The notes beneath the pieces are model-generated. The model searched no databases. It had not been told where the DNA came from and was given only the letters and a program-made list of their open reading frames with translations. Positions 19,785 to 29,967 of a stretch of 64,000 bases of DNA are shown in pieces. Position 1 is the stretch's first letter; each line of letters opens with the position of its first letter. Position numbers and translations under genes: made by a program. This DNA is from Bradyrhizobium sp. (GTDB lineage Bacteria > Pseudomonadota > Alphaproteobacteria > Rhizobiales > Xanthobacteraceae): the NCBI RefSeq assembly GCF_036009065.1, contig NZ_DASYMN010000102.1, forward strand, positions 3,202 to 67,201, written 5' to 3'.

Positions 19785-22220
19785 TTGCAAACATCGCCCC
19801 GAATTCCAGGCCGCTATTATTTCGCGATTTTCGTGCTGGCCTCCGCCACGCTGTCCTACCAGATCCTGATCACCCGCTTCTTCAGCGTCATGCTGTATTA
19901 TCACTTTGCGTTCGCCGCCATCTCGCTGGCGATGCTCGGGCTGACGCGCGGCGCGATGGAGGTGTACGGCAAACCAGCGCGCTACGCGCCCGAACGCGTA
20001 AGCGTGGAATTCGCACACCACGCATCGTGGTTCGCGATGTCGGGCGTTGGCGCGATGATTGGCTTTCTGTGCGTGCCGCTGGTGATGCCCGCGGATTACG
20101 TGCCGGCGGCGCTGGCGATCGCGACCTTCGCCTTCGTCATGCCGTTCACCGAAAGCGGCGTCTGTATCACGCTGCTGCTGACGCGCCTGCCCTATGGCGG
20201 CGGATGGCTTTATGCGGCCGACCTTGCAGGCGCCGCACTCGGATGCCTCGGGGTCATCTTCGTGTTGCTCGCCGTCGATCCGGTGAGCGCCACGCTGTGG
20301 ATCGGAGCCTTTGCCGCCGCCGCGGGCTGGATGGTGGTGCGCAACAGGGACGATCTCCGCACCCTGCGCTTAAGCGGCGCGGTGGCGCTGACGCTGGCTG
20401 CCGCAGCCACGGTACATACCGGACTTGACGTCGCCGGCAAAAGCCATCTCGGCGTGTTCTGGGCCAAGGGCACCGAGCAAAAAGGAACGCTGTTCGAGCG
20501 CTGGAACACCTATTCGCGCGTCAGGGTCACGCCGTACGGCAACAGCACGCCGTTCGGCTGGGGCCTCGCTCGCACGCCGGAAACGAAGATCGAACAGAAA
20601 CATCTCGACATCGACGCGGATGCGGGCACGGTGATCACCCGGTACGACGGCGACCTTGGCAAGCTCTCCTACCTGAAGGACGACGTCATCAATGCCGCCT
20701 ATCTGGTGCAGCCGCCGGCCGACGTCGCGGTCGTCGGCGTGGGCGGCGGACGCGACATTCTTTCCGGACTCTATTTCGGCGCCAAGCGCATCCGAGGCAT
20801 TGAGATCAACCCCGCGATCTTCGAAGTCCTCACCGACAAGTTCGCCGATTTTTCCGGCCATCTCGACCGTGTGCCGGGCGTGTCGTTGGTCAATGCCGAA
20901 GCCCGCAGCTACATCAACCATTCGAAGGACCGCTACGACCTGGTGCAGATTTCGCTGATCGACACCTGGGCCGCAACGGCCGCCGGCGGGCTGACGCTCA
21001 CGGAAAACCGGCTTTACACCGTGGAGGCGTGGGAGGATTTCTACCGGGCGCTGAAGCCCGGCGGGATGCTGTCGGTATCGCGCTGGTTCGATCCGGACGG
21101 CCACCGCGGCGAGTTCTATCGCCTGGTGGCGATCGCTGCGAGCGCGCTGCAGCGCACAGGCGTGCCGGCGGCCGAACTGCCTCGCCATGTCGTCGCCCTG
21201 AACGTCGGCGGCATCGTGACGGTGATTACCCGTCCCGACGCTTTCACCGATGCCCTGTGGCACCGTGCGCGAACCGCGCTGCTGGGCCAAGGCTTCAAGA
21301 TCCTGCTGGGGCCGGATGTCGCCTTCGACACCGTCACGTCGACGTTGCTGTCCGGCAAGGCGGACGCGGCATTCTTCGCGTCCCTGCCGGAAAATATCGC
21401 GCCCTCGACCGACGACAATCCGTTTTTCTTTTATACCGCGCGCTTCGGCGAATTTGTCGCGCAGCCCGCACTGGCTTTCACCTACAACAACGCGGCGATC
21501 AACATGACGCTGCTGCTGATCATGGTGGCGCTTTGCGCGTGCGGCGTTTACATCGCCCTTCCCTTCATCCGTCTCGCGCGGCGGATGCCCTTGTCGGTGC
21601 TGACGCCGCCGGTGGCGTATTTCAGCGCGATCGGCATGGGCTTCATGCTGATCGAAATATCGCAGATGCAGCGGCTGATGGTGTTCCTGGGACATCCCGT
21701 CTACGGACTGAGTGTCGTGCTGTTCACGATTCTGCTGTTCAGCGGGATCGGCAGCGCCACGGTCGGCGCGCGCGCCCCGCGGCGCAGCGCGATCATCACC
21801 AGAATTGCCGCCCTGCTGACAACGCTGGTGGCGGCGGGGCTGCTCACGCCCCCGCTCACCGATTGGGCGCGGTCGGAATCGACCGACATGCGCATTCTGT
21901 TGTCCGTAACTCTGCTGGCGCCGCCTGCGTTCTGCATGGGGATGATGTTCCCGCTCGGCCTGAGTATCTGGCGCCGTCATTCCGAACTGCTTCCGTTCTT
22001 CTGGAGTGCCAATGGAATTACGTCGATGTTCGCATCGGTACTGGGCATGGCTCTGTCCATCGAATTCGGCATCGCCAGGACATACGCGCTGGGCGTCTGC
22101 TTCTATGTCGTCTGTGCGGTCATGATCGTCGCAAGCCGCCAGGCGAGCCGGTTGGGCGTGTCAGGACTCGCGCGCCCGCGTGACGTCGCCGCCGATCCAG
22201 GCGCATCGTCGGCGACGTAG
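19785..22220 (+). CDS. Multi-pass membrane protein fused to a spermidine-synthase-like SAM-binding domain
   Basis: N- and C-terminal TM bundles flank VVGVGGGRD, EINP, AEAR, DLVQISLID; TTG start 8 nt after GAGG. Confidence 0.8.
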   Translation: MQTSPRIPGRYYFAIFVLASATLSYQILITRFFSVMLYYHFAFAAISLAMLGLTRGAMEVYGKPARYAPERVSVEFAHHASWFAMSGVGAMIGFLCVPLVMPADYVPAALAIATFAFVMPFTESGVCITLLLTRLPYGGGWLYAADLAGAALGCLGVIFVLLAVDPVSATLWIGAFAAAAGWMVVRNRDDLRTLRLSGAVALTLAAAATVHTGLDVAGKSHLGVFWAKGTEQKGTLFERWNTYSRVRVTPYGNSTPFGWGLARTPETKIEQKHLDIDADAGTVITRYDGDLGKLSYLKDDVINAAYLVQPPADVAVVGVGGGRDILSGLYFGAKRIRGIEINPAIFEVLTDKFADFSGHLDRVPGVSLVNAEARSYINHSKDRYDLVQISLIDTWAATAAGGLTLTENRLYTVEAWEDFYRALKPGGMLSVSRWFDPDGHRGEFYRLVAIAASALQRTGVPAAELPRHVVALNVGGIVTVITRPDAFTDALWHRARTALLGQGFKILLGPDVAFDTVTSTLLSGKADAAFFASLPENIAPSTDDNPFFFYTARFGEFVAQPALAFTYNNAAINMTLLLIMVALCACGVYIALPFIRLARRMPLSVLTPPVAYFSAIGMGFMLIEISQMQRLMVFLGHPVYGLSVVLFTILLFSGIGSATVGARAPRRSAIITRIAALLTTLVAAGLLTPPLTDWARSESTDMRILLSVTLLAPPAFCMGMMFPLGLSIWRRHSELLPFFWSANGITSMFASVLGMALSIEFGIARTYALGVCFYVVCAVMIVASRQASRLGVSGLARPRDVAADPGASSAT

Positions 22221-22227
22221 ATCGCAC

Positions 22228-22686
22228 CTACTTGACCGCGATATCGGGACTCTCGGCAAATCCCTTGATGCGGTCCTTGATGTCGACGAGCGTCTTGAGA
22301 CTGGTCTCGATCGCAGCGTCGGGAATTTCCCGCAGCACATCGGTCGCGATGGCGTCGCGCAAACTGTCGAGATCGTCCACCAGCTGACGGCCGGCGCCGG
22401 TCAGGAACAGGCGGTTGGTCCTTCGGTCTTTGGGGTCCGGACGCCTCTCCAGCAGACCGTGCTCGACCAGGCGGTCGAGCAGACGGACCAGCGAGATCGG
22501 TTGCAGTTCGAGGACATCGGCGAGATCGACCTGCGACAATCCTTCCTGCTGCCGCAATCGGAACAGTACGATCCACTGCGCGCGGGTGGTGCCGCGGCCT
22601 TTGGCGCGATGGTCGATATAGTTGCGCAGCAGGCGCGAGCTTTCGACCAGTTGCGCGATCAGCTGCCGTTTCAGGTCGAGCGACAT
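22228..22686 (-). CDS. MarR family transcriptional regulator
   Basis: TRAQWIVL, SQVDLAD HTH, DPKDRRT wing; divergent from the RND operon. Confidence 0.9.
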   Translation of the reverse strand: MSLDLKRQLIAQLVESSRLLRNYIDHRAKGRGTTRAQWIVLFRLRQQEGLSQVDLADVLELQPISLVRLLDRLVEHGLLERRPDPKDRRTNRLFLTGAGRQLVDDLDSLRDAIATDVLREIPDAAIETSLKTLVDIKDRIKGFAESPDIAVK

Positions 22687-22754
22687 ATCGGCGGAAGTCC
22701 TTCTGGGCCGTGCGGCCTTCCCCAAGCTTTCCAAATGTTCACAATTTTCAAGTT

Positions 22755-22792
22755 ATAGTGTGTGTACACATTAAGTGCACGCGTATTATATT
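22755..22792. promoter_or_regulatory. Candidate MarR operator / divergent promoter
   Basis: AT-rich stretch with the palindrome TGTGTACACA (22761-22770) between marR and the adaptor gene. Confidence 0.35.
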
Positions 22793-22851
22793 TGCAAGCA
22801 TCAGGAACCGGTCTGCAGAGCCATTTACTTATTTCCGAACCCCGAGTTGAC

Positions 22852-24033
22852 ATGACCAGGTCGCGGACGATGCGTTGGGTTTTGCTGGCCGCCATACTGG
22901 CGGCGGCGGGCGTTTTCGGCTGGCAGCGATTTTACGGCATGGACCAGGCGGCGCAGGCGGAGAACGCCCAGAAATCCGCCGTTACCGCGCGCAATGCCGC
23001 CGTTCCGGTCACTGTTGCCACCGTCGAGAAGACCGATTTTCCGGTGTGGCTGACCGGACTCGGCACCGTGCAGGGTTTCAATACCGTCGTGGTGCGCACC
23101 CGGGTCGACGGCCAGATCCACGCGATTGCCTTCAAGGAAGGCGATCTCGTGAAACAGGGCGACCTGCTTGTCCAGATCGATCCGCGGCCGTTCCAGGCAG
23201 CGCTCGACCAAGCCAAGGCCAAGAAGCAGCAGGACGATGCCAACCTCGCCAACGCCAATCTCGATTTGCAGCGCTTCACCAAACTCGGCGAGTTCGCCAC
23301 CCGGCAACAGACCGACACCCAGCGCTCCACCGTGGCGCAACTCACCGCGCAGATCGCGGCTGACGATGCCGCCATCTTCAATGCGCAAACCCAGCTCGAC
23401 TATGCCACCGTCAAGGCGCCGATCTCCGGCGTCGCCAGCCTGCGTCTGGTCGACGTCGGCAACATCGTCAATGCCTCGACGCAAACCGGCATCGTGACCA
23501 TCGCGCAGATCGAACCGATCGCGGTGATTTTCACGGCGCCCGAAGACCAGTTGCCCACCATCAACGAAGCGCAGGCGGCGCAGCCGTTGAAAGTGACCGC
23601 GCTCACGACCGACGGCAAGAAGCCGCTGTCGGATGGCGTGCTGGCGGTGATCAACAATCAGGTCGACACGTCAAGCGGCACCATCCGTCTCAAGGCGGTG
23701 TTCGACAACAAGAACCACGCGCTGTGGCCGGGCCAGTCGGTGTCGACGCGCCTCCTGGTGACGACGCTGAAGGACGCCACGGTGATACCGGACGACGCGG
23801 TTCAGCACGGAACGGACGGCCTCTACGCCTTCGCCGTCAACCAGGACAACAAGGCTGAACTGCGCAAGATCAAGGTTTCGAAATCGATCGACGGACGTTC
23901 GGTGGTCGATGATGGGCTGAAGCCCGGCGAGCGCGTCATCGTGTCCGGTCAGTACAAGGTGCGGCCCGGCTCCGCGGTCGCGACCAAGGTCGCAGCTTCC
24001 GATGCCGCCCCGGCCAAGGCCGACCAGCCATGA
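22852..24033 (+). CDS. RND efflux periplasmic adaptor subunit (MdtA-like)
   Basis: TM anchor, VRTRVDGQI lipoyl segment, IKAPISG-type motif, LWPGQSV. Confidence 0.92.
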   Translation: MTRSRTMRWVLLAAILAAAGVFGWQRFYGMDQAAQAENAQKSAVTARNAAVPVTVATVEKTDFPVWLTGLGTVQGFNTVVVRTRVDGQIHAIAFKEGDLVKQGDLLVQIDPRPFQAALDQAKAKKQQDDANLANANLDLQRFTKLGEFATRQQTDTQRSTVAQLTAQIAADDAAIFNAQTQLDYATVKAPISGVASLRLVDVGNIVNASTQTGIVTIAQIEPIAVIFTAPEDQLPTINEAQAAQPLKVTALTTDGKKPLSDGVLAVINNQVDTSSGTIRLKAVFDNKNHALWPGQSVSTRLLVTTLKDATVIPDDAVQHGTDGLYAFAVNQDNKAELRKIKVSKSIDGRSVVDDGLKPGERVIVSGQYKVRPGSAVATKVAASDAAPAKADQP

Positions 24034-27000
24034 CCGAACAAACCCGCGAGAGCATCTCCTCGCCCTTCATCCGCTATCCCATTGCAACGTCGTTGCTGAT
24101 GGCGGGGATTCTGTTCGTCGGCCTCGTTGCCTATCCCCTGCTCCCGGTGGCGCCGCTGCCGCAGGTCGACTTCCCGACCATCCAGGTCGCGGCGTCCCTG
24201 CCGGGCGGCAGCCCCGAAACCATGGCGTCGTCGGTGGCGCAACCGCTGGAACGGCAGCTGGCGCAAATCCCCGGCGTGGCGCAGATGACCTCGACGAGCT
24301 CGCTCGGCACCACCGCGGTCACCATCCAGTTCGACCTCAACCGGAACATCGACGGCGCCGCCAACGACGTGCAGGCGGCGATCAATGCCGCCGGCGGTCA
24401 ACTGCCGAAGAATCTCCCCTCGCCGCCGACCTACCGCAAGGTCAATCCTGCGGATTCGCCGATCCTGCTGCTGTCGGCCACATCGGACACGCTGCCGCTG
24501 ACCACGGTGAGCGACGCCGTCGATGCCCAGCTCGCGCAGCAGATCAGCCAGATCTCCGGCGTCGCCCAGGTCAGCATTGGCGGCCAGCAGAAGCCCGCGG
24601 TGCGCGTCCAGATCGACCCGGCAAAACTGGTGGCCAAGGGCCTGCAACTCGAGGATGTCCGCGCCCAGATCGCGATTGCCACGGTCGACAGCCCGAAGGG
24701 CAACATCGACGGCGCCACCAAGAGCTTCACCATCTACGCCAACGACCAGTTGCAGGAATCCAAGGACTGGAACAACGTCATCATCGCCTATCGCAACGGC
24801 GGTCCGTTGCGGATCCGCGATATCGGTCAGGCCGTCACCGGTCCTGAAGATGCCAAACAGGCCGCTTGGGCCAACGGCAAGCGCGGCGTGTTCCTCGTCG
24901 TCTTCAAGCAGCCCGGCGCCAACGTCATCGACACCGTCGACAAGATCAAGGCGCAACTGCCGCGGCTGGTCGCAGCGATCCCGCCCGCGATCAAGGTCGA
25001 TGTCATCAGCGATCGTACCCAGACCATCCGCGCCGCCGTCGAGGACGTGCAGTTCACGCTGCTCCTGACCATCGCATTGGTGGTCATGGTGATCTTCATC
25101 TTCCTGCGCAGTGTATGGGCGACCATTATCCCAAGCGTCACCGTTCCATTGGCCCTGCTCGGCGCCTGTTCTCTGATGTGGGTGTTCGGCTACACGCTCG
25201 ACAATCTGTCGCTGATGGCGCTGACGATTTCGGTCGGCTTCGTGGTCGACGACGCCATCGTCATGCTGGAGAACATCACCCGCTATATCGAGGAAGGCGA
25301 AAAGCCGTTTGCCGCGGCGCTGAAGGGCGCCGGCGAGATCGGGTTCACCATCGTCTCGATCGGCGTATCGCTGGTGGCGGTGCAGATTCCGCTGCTGCTG
25401 ATGGGCGGCATCATCGGACGGCTGTTCCGCGAATTCGCGGTCACGCTGACGATGGCGATTTTTGTGTCGCTCGTGGTGTCGCTGACGCTGACCCCGATGA
25501 TGGCCTCGCGCTTCCTGCGCGCGCACAAGGAAACAAGGCACGGCCGCTTCTATCAGTGGAGCGAGCGCGGCTTTGAGGCGATGCTGCATGCCTATGAGCG
25601 CGGCCTCGACCTCGCCTTGAGATGGCGCCTGACAACGCTCGGTATTTTCTTCGCGACGCTGGCGCTGTCCATCTACCTGTTCGTGATCATTCCGAAGGGT
25701 TTTTTCCCGCAACAGGATACCGGCCTGATCACGGCCACCTCGGAAGCGGCGCAGGACATCTCCTTCGCCGACATGAAACGCCATCAGGAAGAACTCGGCG
25801 CCATCGTGCAGGCCGATCCCGATGTCGCCACCATCGCGATGTCCGTCGGCGGCAGCGGCAGCGCGCTTAACACCGGCCGCATGTACATCACGCTGAAACC
25901 GCGCGACCATCGCAGCGCCAGCGCGCAGCAGATCATCGCACGGCTGCGGCCGAAGCTGGAACAGGTCCAGGGCGCCCGGCTGTTCATGCAGGCCGCCCAG
26001 GACGTGCGGCTCGGCGGCCGCGCCACCCGGACCCAGTTCGAATACACGCTGCAGGATGCCAACCTTGCCGAATTGAACGAGTGGGCGCCGAAAATCCTGG
26101 ACAAGATGAAGACGCTGCCGCAGTTGCGCGACGTCGCGACCGACCAGCAGACGCAGGGAACGACGCTGACGCTGACCATCGATCGCGACACCGCCTCGCG
26201 CTTCGGCATCCAGCCGCAATTGATCGACGACACGCTCTATGACGCGTTCGGCCAGCGCCAGGTCGCCCAGTATTTTACCCAACTCAACAGCTACCACGTG
26301 ATCCTGGAAATCTTGCCCGAACTGCAGGGCAATTTCGATACGCTCAACAAGATCTACATCAAGTCGCCGACCACCGGCGATCAGGTGCCGCTGTCGGCAT
26401 TTGCAAAATGGACCAGCGTGCCGGTGCGGCCGTTGTCGATCAGCCACCAGGGCCAGTTTCCGGCGATCACCATCAGCTTCAACCTCGCGCAGGGCGTGGC
26501 GCTTGGACAGGCGACCGAGGCGATCCAGAGCGCGATGGTCGAACTCGGCGCGCCGTCGACGCTCAATTCGAGCTTCCAGGGCACGGCCCAGGCGTTCCAG
26601 CAGTCGCTCGGCACCGTGCCGCTGCTGATCATGGCCGCCCTGGTCGTCGTGTACCTGATCCTCGGCATTCTCTACGAAAGCTACATCCACCCGCTGACGA
26701 TTCTGTCGACATTGCCCTCGGCCGGGGTCGGCGCGCTCGCGATCCTGATGGCGTTCGGATACGACTTCAGCCTGATCGCGCTGATCGGCATCATCTTGCT
26801 GATCGGCATCGTCAAAAAGAACGGCATCATGATGGTCGATTTTGCAATCTCGGCCGAACGCGACGAGCATCTCACCGCGGAAGCAGCGATCCGCAAGGCC
26901 GCCATATTGCGCTTCCGTCCCATCATGATGACGACGATGGCGGCGATGCTCGGCGGCGTGCCGCTGATGCTGGGCACCGGCACCGGATCGGAAATCCGCC

Positions 27001-27188
27001 AGCCGCTGGGCTATGCGATGGTCGGCGGCCTGATCGTCAGCCAGGCGCTGACGCTGTTCACCACGCCGGTGGTGTATCTCTATCTCGACAGGGTCTCCGA
27101 CTTTTTCTCGGGCTGGGGCCGCTCACATGATGACGACAGCGACGAGCCGGTGACGGAGCGTGGCCGGGTCAGGCAAGCCGCCGAGTGA
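24030..27188 (+). CDS. RND efflux permease (MdtB/MdtC-like)
   Basis: FIRYPIATSLL, LPVAPLPQVDFPT, GFVVDDAIVMLENI, IVKKNGIMMVDF, RFRPIMMTT; ATGA overlap with adaptor. Confidence 0.95.
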   Translation: MTEQTRESISSPFIRYPIATSLLMAGILFVGLVAYPLLPVAPLPQVDFPTIQVAASLPGGSPETMASSVAQPLERQLAQIPGVAQMTSTSSLGTTAVTIQFDLNRNIDGAANDVQAAINAAGGQLPKNLPSPPTYRKVNPADSPILLLSATSDTLPLTTVSDAVDAQLAQQISQISGVAQVSIGGQQKPAVRVQIDPAKLVAKGLQLEDVRAQIAIATVDSPKGNIDGATKSFTIYANDQLQESKDWNNVIIAYRNGGPLRIRDIGQAVTGPEDAKQAAWANGKRGVFLVVFKQPGANVIDTVDKIKAQLPRLVAAIPPAIKVDVISDRTQTIRAAVEDVQFTLLLTIALVVMVIFIFLRSVWATIIPSVTVPLALLGACSLMWVFGYTLDNLSLMALTISVGFVVDDAIVMLENITRYIEEGEKPFAAALKGAGEIGFTIVSIGVSLVAVQIPLLLMGGIIGRLFREFAVTLTMAIFVSLVVSLTLTPMMASRFLRAHKETRHGRFYQWSERGFEAMLHAYERGLDLALRWRLTTLGIFFATLALSIYLFVIIPKGFFPQQDTGLITATSEAAQDISFADMKRHQEELGAIVQADPDVATIAMSVGGSGSALNTGRMYITLKPRDHRSASAQQIIARLRPKLEQVQGARLFMQAAQDVRLGGRATRTQFEYTLQDANLAELNEWAPKILDKMKTLPQLRDVATDQQTQGTTLTLTIDRDTASRFGIQPQLIDDTLYDAFGQRQVAQYFTQLNSYHVILEILPELQGNFDTLNKIYIKSPTTGDQVPLSAFAKWTSVPVRPLSISHQGQFPAITISFNLAQGVALGQATEAIQSAMVELGAPSTLNSSFQGTAQAFQQSLGTVPLLIMAALVVVYLILGILYESYIHPLTILSTLPSAGVGALAILMAFGYDFSLIALIGIILLIGIVKKNGIMMVDFAISAERDEHLTAEAAIRKAAILRFRPIMMTTMAAMLGGVPLMLGTGTGSEIRQPLGYAMVGGLIVSQALTLFTTPVVYLYLDRVSDFFSGWGRSHDDDSDEPVTERGRVRQAAE

Positions 27189-27228
27189 CGACTCGTCATG
27201 CGCGGGCTTGGCCCCCGCGCGCTTCAAT

Positions 27229-28422
27229 TCAGGTTTCCGGGAACAGCCGGGGAAACAGCACGTCGAGGGCGTCAGCCGGAAAGCGGAGGGACACCGCCGT
27301 CTTGGGTGTGTCGGAATCGAGCAGTCCAGCGGCGATGACGTCGGCCAGAACTCGGCGTGCCGTACGGTCGGGCAGGCCGGTGATGCGTGCGATGTCGCCG
27401 CGCTCGAACTCGCCGCGTATCAGTGCCTCTTCCAATAGCCGGAACGCGTCCGCCTTGAGGGACAAACGCTCGACGTGGGTTCTCAGCCTCGGCGCCAGAC
27501 TGCCGATCTCGAAAAGGCTGCCCATGAATTTCACCTGGTCGAGACTTATCTGAAGAAACCACAAAACGAATTCGCCAAGCGCTTTCTGCGAAAGATTGCC
27601 TCGTCCATCGAGATCTCCTTGCCGCGGCATATCGGCAAGATCCATCATGGCCTTGTATTCGCTCGGTCCCTTTAGTCCCCGCGCCAGCCCACGCGAGATC
27701 GACCAGAGACCGTGCGCGCCGATATCCGCCAATTGCGCCATGGCGTGGCTCATCAGGCGGCTGACGCGTCCATTTCCGTCGGGAAACGGATGGATGTAGT
27801 TGAAACGGTGATGGGCGGCGGCCATGGCCATGATGCGGCCTGCCTGTTTGAGCGGTTTGAAGTCATAACGCTGTTCAAAATAGTGCATGAAATCCTGCAC
27901 GCGGCCGCTCGATGGCGGAACGTGGCGGCCCACAGCTACATCGTGTTCGTCGCGGGAGCGCCATGCACCAGGCTCCATGAGAAATTCGCGTTCAGTACCG
28001 CGGATGGTGAGCATCTCCTTTGAGGCGTCGCGATAAAATTCCCGATGAAGCCACTGGATGAATTCTACCGATGCCGGTTCGGGCAATTTTCCTTGCGTAG
28101 CCATGTGGTCGAGCTGACGCTGCACGCGCACATGCGCGGCTGCTTCGATCTGTAAGTTACGGCGTGCCGTGTCCTGATCGAACTTTCCTTCAAGTGCGCG
28201 GGCAATTTCTCTCGGACGCGTGTTATGCCCCTCGATGAGGTTGCTGTAATACGTATTCATGAGCCGCACGAGATCGGCAAGATTGGATGCCGTACGCGGA
28301 TGCAGCCCGGCACCGAGGATTGCCGAAGCCGAAGACAGCTCGGCAATGACGTCGGCAATCGCTTCCGACGTTTCTTCAAGCCGGGCGGGCTCGATCCGTT
28401 GCGGAGTTTCAATTGGCGACAT
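27229..28422 (-). CDS. Fic family protein with C-terminal HTH
   Basis: Canonical HPFPDGNGRVSR motif, SNLIEG; C-terminal DIARITGLPDRTARRVL HTH. Confidence 0.9.
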   Translation of the reverse strand: MSPIETPQRIEPARLEETSEAIADVIAELSSASAILGAGLHPRTASNLADLVRLMNTYYSNLIEGHNTRPREIARALEGKFDQDTARRNLQIEAAAHVRVQRQLDHMATQGKLPEPASVEFIQWLHREFYRDASKEMLTIRGTEREFLMEPGAWRSRDEHDVAVGRHVPPSSGRVQDFMHYFEQRYDFKPLKQAGRIMAMAAAHHRFNYIHPFPDGNGRVSRLMSHAMAQLADIGAHGLWSISRGLARGLKGPSEYKAMMDLADMPRQGDLDGRGNLSQKALGEFVLWFLQISLDQVKFMGSLFEIGSLAPRLRTHVERLSLKADAFRLLEEALIRGEFERGDIARITGLPDRTARRVLADVIAAGLLDSDTPKTAVSLRFPADALDVLFPRLFPET

Positions 28423-28616
28423 TTGGCCGATCTTGATCTGATTTAAGATATTGATCACACATATGAATTATTAAGCAACTGCCAAAATTGGCCGATCCCT
28501 TGGCCGATCTTCCTCTCCCAAAACTTGGCCGAAATTGGTTATATTCAACCCATTGATCGATATAGATTATTTTGCAAAGCTAGCAAAACTTGGCCGATCT
28601 GCTGGCCGATCTTCTG
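28423..28616. repeat. Six direct repeats of TGGCCGA(TC) in the AT-rich fic-ialB intergenic region
   Basis: Copies at about 28424, 28489, 28501, 28526, 28591, 28603; two doublets with 12-bp period. Confidence 0.7.
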
Positions 28617-28631
28617 ATTGATGGCTCGACC

Positions 28632-29219
28632 ATGAAAAACCCCGCAAAACTCGTAGTTCTGGTCGCGGCCATCCTGGCATCAGACGCAACTCCACCCAGC
28701 TACGCCCAGCAAGCCAAATCCAAGGCCCCGCCCAAATCGGCGCAACCGGCGCCGAACGATACTCCGGCGCCTGCACCGGCCGACAACGCGAACGCGGCCA
28801 ACACCCCGCCCCCGCCCGGCTGGGCCGCGCGCTGCGGCAGCGCCAGCCGCGACGCGCCGCTGGAATGCGCCATCGAGCAAAGCGCCTTGATGCCGCGCAC
28901 CGGACAGCTGGTGATCGCCGTGAATATCCGCGTACCGGCCGATACCCGCACGCCGTCGGCCCTGATCCAGTTGCCACTCGGACTTAATCTGCCGAGCGGC
29001 GTCAAACTGCAGGTCGACGATGGCACCGCGACCGAGATGCAGATCGAGACCTGCGAAGCCCGCGGCTGCTACGCCGGAACGGCGATAGCACCCGACCTGC
29101 TCGCGGCCATGAAATCCGGCAAGCAGTTGAAGATATCGTTCCAGAACCTGAACAAGGAAATCCTGACTGTGCCGTTGCCGCTCGCGGATTTCGCGGCGGC
29201 GTATGACAAGATAAAGTAG
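28632..29219 (+). CDS. Invasion-associated locus B (IalB) family protein
   Basis: Signal peptide, W..RC, LPLGLNLPSGVKL, TCEARGCYA. Confidence 0.85.
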   Translation: MKNPAKLVVLVAAILASDATPPSYAQQAKSKAPPKSAQPAPNDTPAPAPADNANAANTPPPPGWAARCGSASRDAPLECAIEQSALMPRTGQLVIAVNIRVPADTRTPSALIQLPLGLNLPSGVKLQVDDGTATEMQIETCEARGCYAGTAIAPDLLAAMKSGKQLKISFQNLNKEILTVPLPLADFAAAYDKIK

Positions 29220-29227
29220 TGTATTTT

Positions 29228-29341
29228 GTAGGGTGGGCAAACCGCCCGGCGCGCGAGCGCGCGTCGGGTGGTGTGCCCACCACTTCCAAATGCACAGGCG
29301 GACAAGTGGCACGGCGCAAGAGCGCCTTTGCCCACCCTACG
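29228..29341. repeat. REP element GTAGGGTGGGCAAA...TTTGCCCACCCTAC
   Basis: 14-bp terminal inverted repeats. Confidence 0.85.
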
Positions 29342-29347
29342 ACTTCT

Positions 29348-29429
29348 GTCATTCCGAAAAGCGCTCGCGACGAAGCAAATCCAGCCTTTCTTTCAGCCCT
29401 CTGGATTGCTTCGCTTCGCTCGCAACGAC
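29348..29429. repeat. REP element GTCATT...GAAGCAAATCCAG...CTGGATTGCTTC...GCAACGAC
   Basis: Inverted arms GAAGCAAATCCAG / CTGGATTGCTTC. Confidence 0.75.
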
Positions 29430-29459
29430 CGCGCGCAAGCCTAACGAAAAGGACAAGCA

Positions 29460-29933
29460 ATGGCCAAAAACACGATTTGCCTGTGGTACGACAAGGACGC
29501 GGAGGCTGCTGCCCGCTTCTATGCCGCAACCTTTCCCGACAGCGCCGTGGGCGCCGTCCGCCGTGCACCCAGTGACTTTCCATCCGGCAAGAAGGGCGAC
29601 GTGCTGACGGTGGAATTCACGGTCGCCGGCGTCCCCTGTCTCGGCCTCAACGGCGGTCCCGCGTTCAAGCATAACGAAGCTTTCTCGTTTCAGATCGCCA
29701 CCGACGATCAGCAGGAGACCGACCGCTACTGGAACGCCATTGTCGGCAATTCAGGCCAGGAGAGTGCGTGCGGCTGGTGCAAGGACAGATGGGGCATCTC
29801 CTGGCAAATCACGCCGCGCGTGCTGACCGAGGCGATGGCGGCCGGCGGCGACGAAGCAAAGCGCGCATTCGAAGCCATGATGGGCATGAAGAAAATCGAC
29901 GTCGCCGCGATCAAGGCGGCGCGGCGCGGCTGA
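29460..29933 (+). CDS. VOC family protein (PhnB / 3-demethylubiquinone-9 3-methyltransferase domain)
   Basis: ICLWYDKDAEAAARFY, LNGGP.FKHNEAFSF, CGWCKDRWGISWQI. Confidence 0.9.
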   Translation: MAKNTICLWYDKDAEAAARFYAATFPDSAVGAVRRAPSDFPSGKKGDVLTVEFTVAGVPCLGLNGGPAFKHNEAFSFQIATDDQQETDRYWNAIVGNSGQESACGWCKDRWGISWQITPRVLTEAMAAGGDEAKRAFEAMMGMKKIDVAAIKAARRG

Positions 29934-29967
29934 TATTCACACTGGATAGCCGGCCTGTCGCGTCCTA

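Noticed and set aside
23949-26870. 973-aa minus-strand ORF (also 8716-10683, 20370-21980, 54494-55663 and similar)
   Set aside because: Antisense shadows of well-supported high-GC3 genes; no family motifs.
29228-29429. Possible CRISPR or IS ends among palindromic repeats
   Set aside because: No regularly spaced repeat-spacer units, cas genes or transposase; the patterns fit REP elements.
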